The notes beneath the pieces are model-generated. The model searched no databases, was not told the origin of the DNA, and saw only the letters and a list, made by a program, of their open reading frames with translations. The position numbers were made by a program, and so were the translations under genes. A stretch of DNA of 63,878 nucleotides, the filler included, from Stramenopiles sp. TOSAG23-2 (lineage: Eukaryota): the NCBI GenBank assembly GCA_900128395.1. It is 16 parts of 16 records of this genome, joined end to end, with 100 filler letters (N's around TTAATTAATTAA, not from the genome) between each part and the next. Parts side by side here need not be neighbours in the genome. Positions count along the whole stretch, not along the records: positions 58,590 to 62,661 come from LT651007.1; positions 62,762 to 63,878 come from LT653677.1; 14 more parts are not named here. One strand, 5' to 3'. Shown here in pieces: positions 60,640-63,878 of the stretch; position 1 is the stretch's first letter; each line of letters starts with the position of its first letter.

Positions 60640-60828
60640 TTAAGTACTTATACCTTCCCTACTTTTTCTTACATCTTCAGGCATTTCATTATCAAAATAA
60701 CCATGTCCTTGTTTTTTATTACTTTCCATTATAAATTTTGGTACACAAACAACACCAATAACAATCATTGATGCTAAAAATGCGCTCTTGTATTTTGAAT
60801 TTCCTGGCAATTTATTTACCCACCCCCA
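60640..60828 (-). CDS. Exon of a small single-TM protein missing from the ORF track (no in-frame ATG at its 5' end)
   Basis: WGWVNKLPGNSKYKSAFLASMIVIGVVCVPKFIMESNKKQGHGYFDNEMPEDVRKSREGIST*, preceded by TAG (possible splice acceptor). Confidence 0.55.
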   Translation of the reverse strand, partial: WGWVNKLPGNSKYKSAFLASMIVIGVVCVPKFIMESNKKQGHGYFDNEMPEDVRKSREGIST

Positions 60829-61063
60829 CTACCCACATAGGTCATTTTATCTGAACCATTCCTTTTTTCCTATTTTTGTGTTATTATAAGGTTATATATA
60901 TATATAAACACCAATAACAATCATTGATGCTAAAAATGCGCTCTTGTATTTTGAATTTCCTGGCAATTTATTTACCCACCCCCACTACCCACATAGGTCA
61001 TTTTATCTGAACCATTCCTTTTTTCCTATTTTTGTGTTATTATAAGGTTATATATATATATAT
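60751..61063. repeat. Near-exact tandem duplication, about 157-nt unit
   Basis: AACACCAATAACAATCATTGATGCT...GGTTATATATA occurs at 60751 and 60908. Confidence 0.92.
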
Positions 61064-61325
61064 AATATATGTTAATAAATGTACACCTTCTTGTCTATTC
61101 GTATTTTTGCTTTTGATTTCGTTGTTTGTCTTTATTTTCAACGAATGAATTTTCTTATCAATTATTAGTTTTTTATTTTAATATATGATGAGTTTAATAT
61201 CATATCATATTATTATTTTACATTTTTTTTTATTTTTTGTTTTTTATTTCATTTATAAATATAAAATAGAAAAATTCTTTTATTCACGTATACACATGTT
61301 TGATGTACATAATATTATTGTATTA

Positions 61326-62276
61326 CTATGACACTTTAGCATTTATTATTAATGATCCAATTGGTGTAAAATTTGGAACAGTTATCAATCTTACTTGTCC
61401 ACGTTGTATATCACCCGTGCCTGGAATATCCATTAATAGATTATTATTATTATTTGTATCAATGGATAAATTTGGTATTTCAAGTTTAAAGCCATTTAAA
61501 ACATAATCTAATGGAACATCAACATTGTAGACTAAATCATTATCATTTTCTGTTGCTATTAAAAAATGTGGGTGATGGTTTGGAATAACTTGAAATACGT
61601 AATCACCAGGGCGTTTATTTATATCAGCATCGCCTTCGCCTACCATTATATTTTTAAATCCAATTGTACCTGTTGGGATCCCAATATTATATGATAAATC
61701 TTTTTCTACATATCCTGCACCATTGCAATTTCGACAGTAATTTCCAATATAGCCAGTTCCACCACAATGATTACATGGGCCATTCATTGTTATCGTAGCA
61801 CCACCAAATGCAAATGATTGTCTAACATGGCCTCTACCGCGACAAACATTGCAAACATGTGGTGGTGGACTCCCTTCTGGAACACCTGTGCCTTTACATA
61901 TTTCGCATACACATTTTTTTTTCCGATTATGTGTATACTTTATATTTTTACCACTGAAAAAATACGCTAGATCCAATTTTAGCGTCTCAATTGTATCAGC
62001 GTTACGTTCTTTATTATTTAACATTTCAAATGCATTTGTGATTTCCAAAAATTTTGCATTGATATCATCTACATTATCATTTTTACTATTTTTATATTTA
62101 TCTGGATGATACTTTCTTGCTAATTTACGATACTTTTGTTTCAACTCACTATTTGTTATGTATGTACTTGTTATATTTAAAATTTTATAAGGGTTATTTG
62201 TATTATTTGCATTTATAATTCTAAATATGATTAAGAAAAAAAATAGAATATAAATACTAGTATTCAATATGAACAT
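61326..62276 (-). CDS. Type I DnaJ/Hsp40 with a signal peptide (ER-luminal type)
   Basis: Hydrophobic N-terminus, J-domain with HPD, and four CxxCxGxG repeats. Confidence 0.92.
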   Translation of the reverse strand: MFILNTSIYILFFFLIIFRIINANNTNNPYKILNITSTYITNSELKQKYRKLARKYHPDKYKNSKNDNVDDINAKFLEITNAFEMLNNKERNADTIETLKLDLAYFFSGKNIKYTHNRKKKCVCEICKGTGVPEGSPPPHVCNVCRGRGHVRQSFAFGGATITMNGPCNHCGGTGYIGNYCRNCNGAGYVEKDLSYNIGIPTGTIGFKNIMVGEGDADINKRPGDYVFQVIPNHHPHFLIATENDNDLVYNVDVPLDYVLNGFKLEIPNLSIDTNNNNNLLMDIPGTGDIQRGQVRLITVPNFTPIGSLIINAKVS

Positions 62277-62761
62277 GTTGAGAGGTGATGCTCTTTTTAT
62301 TTAATTACCAATTGTAAAGTCACTAATGATTATGATTTTACAATTCTATTATTTATCAATTAATATAATAATATTCTAAATTATAATAGAGAATATTACA
62401 TATTTAACAAATCTTTTATATAAACAGTATATATTTTATATAATTATTACACATGTATTATAAGAAATCCTGGAAATCCAAACCAGCAAAGTTAAAGTAA
62501 TAATACCTAGCCAGGCTAGGTAAGTATAACAACCAATTAAAAATGCCAAAAAGCCATCTCAATGATGATACGGGATTGATGTGGGTACAAAATTATAAAA
62601 TATAAAAATATAAATACTAGTATTCAATATGAACATGTTGAGAGGTGATGCTCTTTTTATTNNNNNNNNNNNNNNNNNNNNNNNNNNNNNNNNNNNNNNN
62701 NNNNNTTAATTAATTAANNNNNNNNNNNNNNNNNNNNNNNNNNNNNNNNNNNNNNNNNNNN

Positions 62762-63877
62762 ACGGATGATACGCGTGTACGTTCAATAATACCAACGATT
62801 AAACACTTGCAAGAATGCGGTGCAAGGGTCATTTTAGCATCCCATGCTGGTAGGCCAAAAGGAAAAATAAATGAAGATATGCGATTGAAACCTATGGGAG
62901 ATCGCTTATCGGAACTATTAGGAGATACTGAAGTACAAGTTTTAAATGATTGCATTGGGGATGATGTCAAAAGTGCAACAGATTTTATGTTACCAAAAGA
63001 TATTGTTTTATTAGAAAATTTAAGATTTTATCCAGGGGAGGAAAAGAATGAGGAAGATTTTGCTGAAAATTTAGCAAAAAGTACAGGGGCTGAAATTTAT
63101 GTTAATGATGCATTTGGAACTGCACATCGTGCACATGCATCTACTGCTGGTATTACACAACATGTTGATACATGTGTTGCTGGATTTTTAATGGAAAAAG
63201 AATTAAAATTTTTATACGGTGCATTGGATAATAATCCAAAAAGACCATTTACTGCAGTTGTTGGTGGTGCAAAAGTTAGCACGAAAATTACTGTATTGGA
63301 AAAATTATTAGATAAATGCGATAATATTATTTTAGGTGGTGGGATGATATTTACATTTTATAAAGCAAAAGGTTTAACAGAACTTGGTAGTTCATTAATT
63401 GAAAATGATTATGTGGATACAGCTAAGCAAATTTTTGAAAAAGCAAATGAAAAAAATGTAAATTTATTATTACCAAATGATATTGTCTTAGGTGATGCAT
63501 TTGATGCAAATGCAAATTCAAAAATAATTAATGTTGGTGAAGCAATTCCTGAAAATTGGATGGGATTAGATATTGGACCAGAAAGTATTACTACGTTTAA
63601 TGATTGTTTGGCAAATTCAGAAACCGTTGTATGGAATGGACCTATGGGAGTTTTTGAATTTGAACAATTTTCAAAAGGTACATATGCAATGGCAGATGCA
63701 TTAGCAAAAGTAACAGATAATGGTGGTATAACTGTAATAGGTGGTGGCGATTCTGTCGCAGCAGTGGAACAAAGTGGATTAGCATCACGTATGTCACATA
63801 TAAGCACAGGTGGTGGTGCAAGTTTGGAATTGTTAGAAGGGAAAGTATTGCCTGGTGTTGATGCATTGGATGATTAA
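62762..63877 (+). CDS. PGK: Phosphoglycerate kinase, 5'-truncated
   Basis: [46 protein letters not shown] and [13 protein letters not shown]. Confidence 0.98.
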   Translation, partial: TDDTRVRSIIPTIKHLQECGARVILASHAGRPKGKINEDMRLKPMGDRLSELLGDTEVQVLNDCIGDDVKSATDFMLPKDIVLLENLRFYPGEEKNEEDFAENLAKSTGAEIYVNDAFGTAHRAHASTAGITQHVDTCVAGFLMEKELKFLYGALDNNPKRPFTAVVGGAKVSTKITVLEKLLDKCDNIILGGGMIFTFYKAKGLTELGSSLIENDYVDTAKQIFEKANEKNVNLLLPNDIVLGDAFDANANSKIINVGEAIPENWMGLDIGPESITTFNDCLANSETVVWNGPMGVFEFEQFSKGTYAMADALAKVTDNGGITVIGGGDSVAAVEQSGLASRMSHISTGGGASLELLEGKVLPGVDALDD

Positions 63878-63878
63878 A

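Overview
This is AT-rich eukaryotic nuclear DNA and not one continuous locus. It is about 16 unrelated contigs joined by artificial 100-nt spacers (N44-TTAATTAATTAA-N44). The 15 complete contigs are ordered by decreasing length (4100 down to 4072 nt), so gene neighbourhoods mean something only inside a contig. Gene content, poly-Asn/poly-Lys tracts, few introns and one clear GT-AG intron point to a protist, probably a heterotrophic stramenopile SAG/MAG (inference). Recognisable genes: CDC48, SGT1, a mitochondrial carrier, Ric8, XRCC3 next to RAD54, DUS1, GNB1L/ASA1, SMYD, a TKL receptor kinase, an FHA protein, a CRT-like transporter, a Baeyer-Villiger monooxygenase, myosin, TauE/SafE, LpxC, DnaJ and PGK. 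Best leads: (1) a 67-nt mini histone H3 with the first 9 codons fused to the last 12, missed by the ORF track and about 0.8 kb from a decayed Helitron Rep; (2) an Mrr-like nuclease with a mitochondrial-type presequence, overlapped by an upstream ORF; (3) a head-to-head LpxC/TauE pair, both with presequence-like N-termini; (4) an LRR gene with DNA-identical 78-nt repeats; (5) frequent short tandem duplications, probably assembly artefacts, that frameshift genes. I cannot demonstrate a new multi-gene system from this fragmented window.
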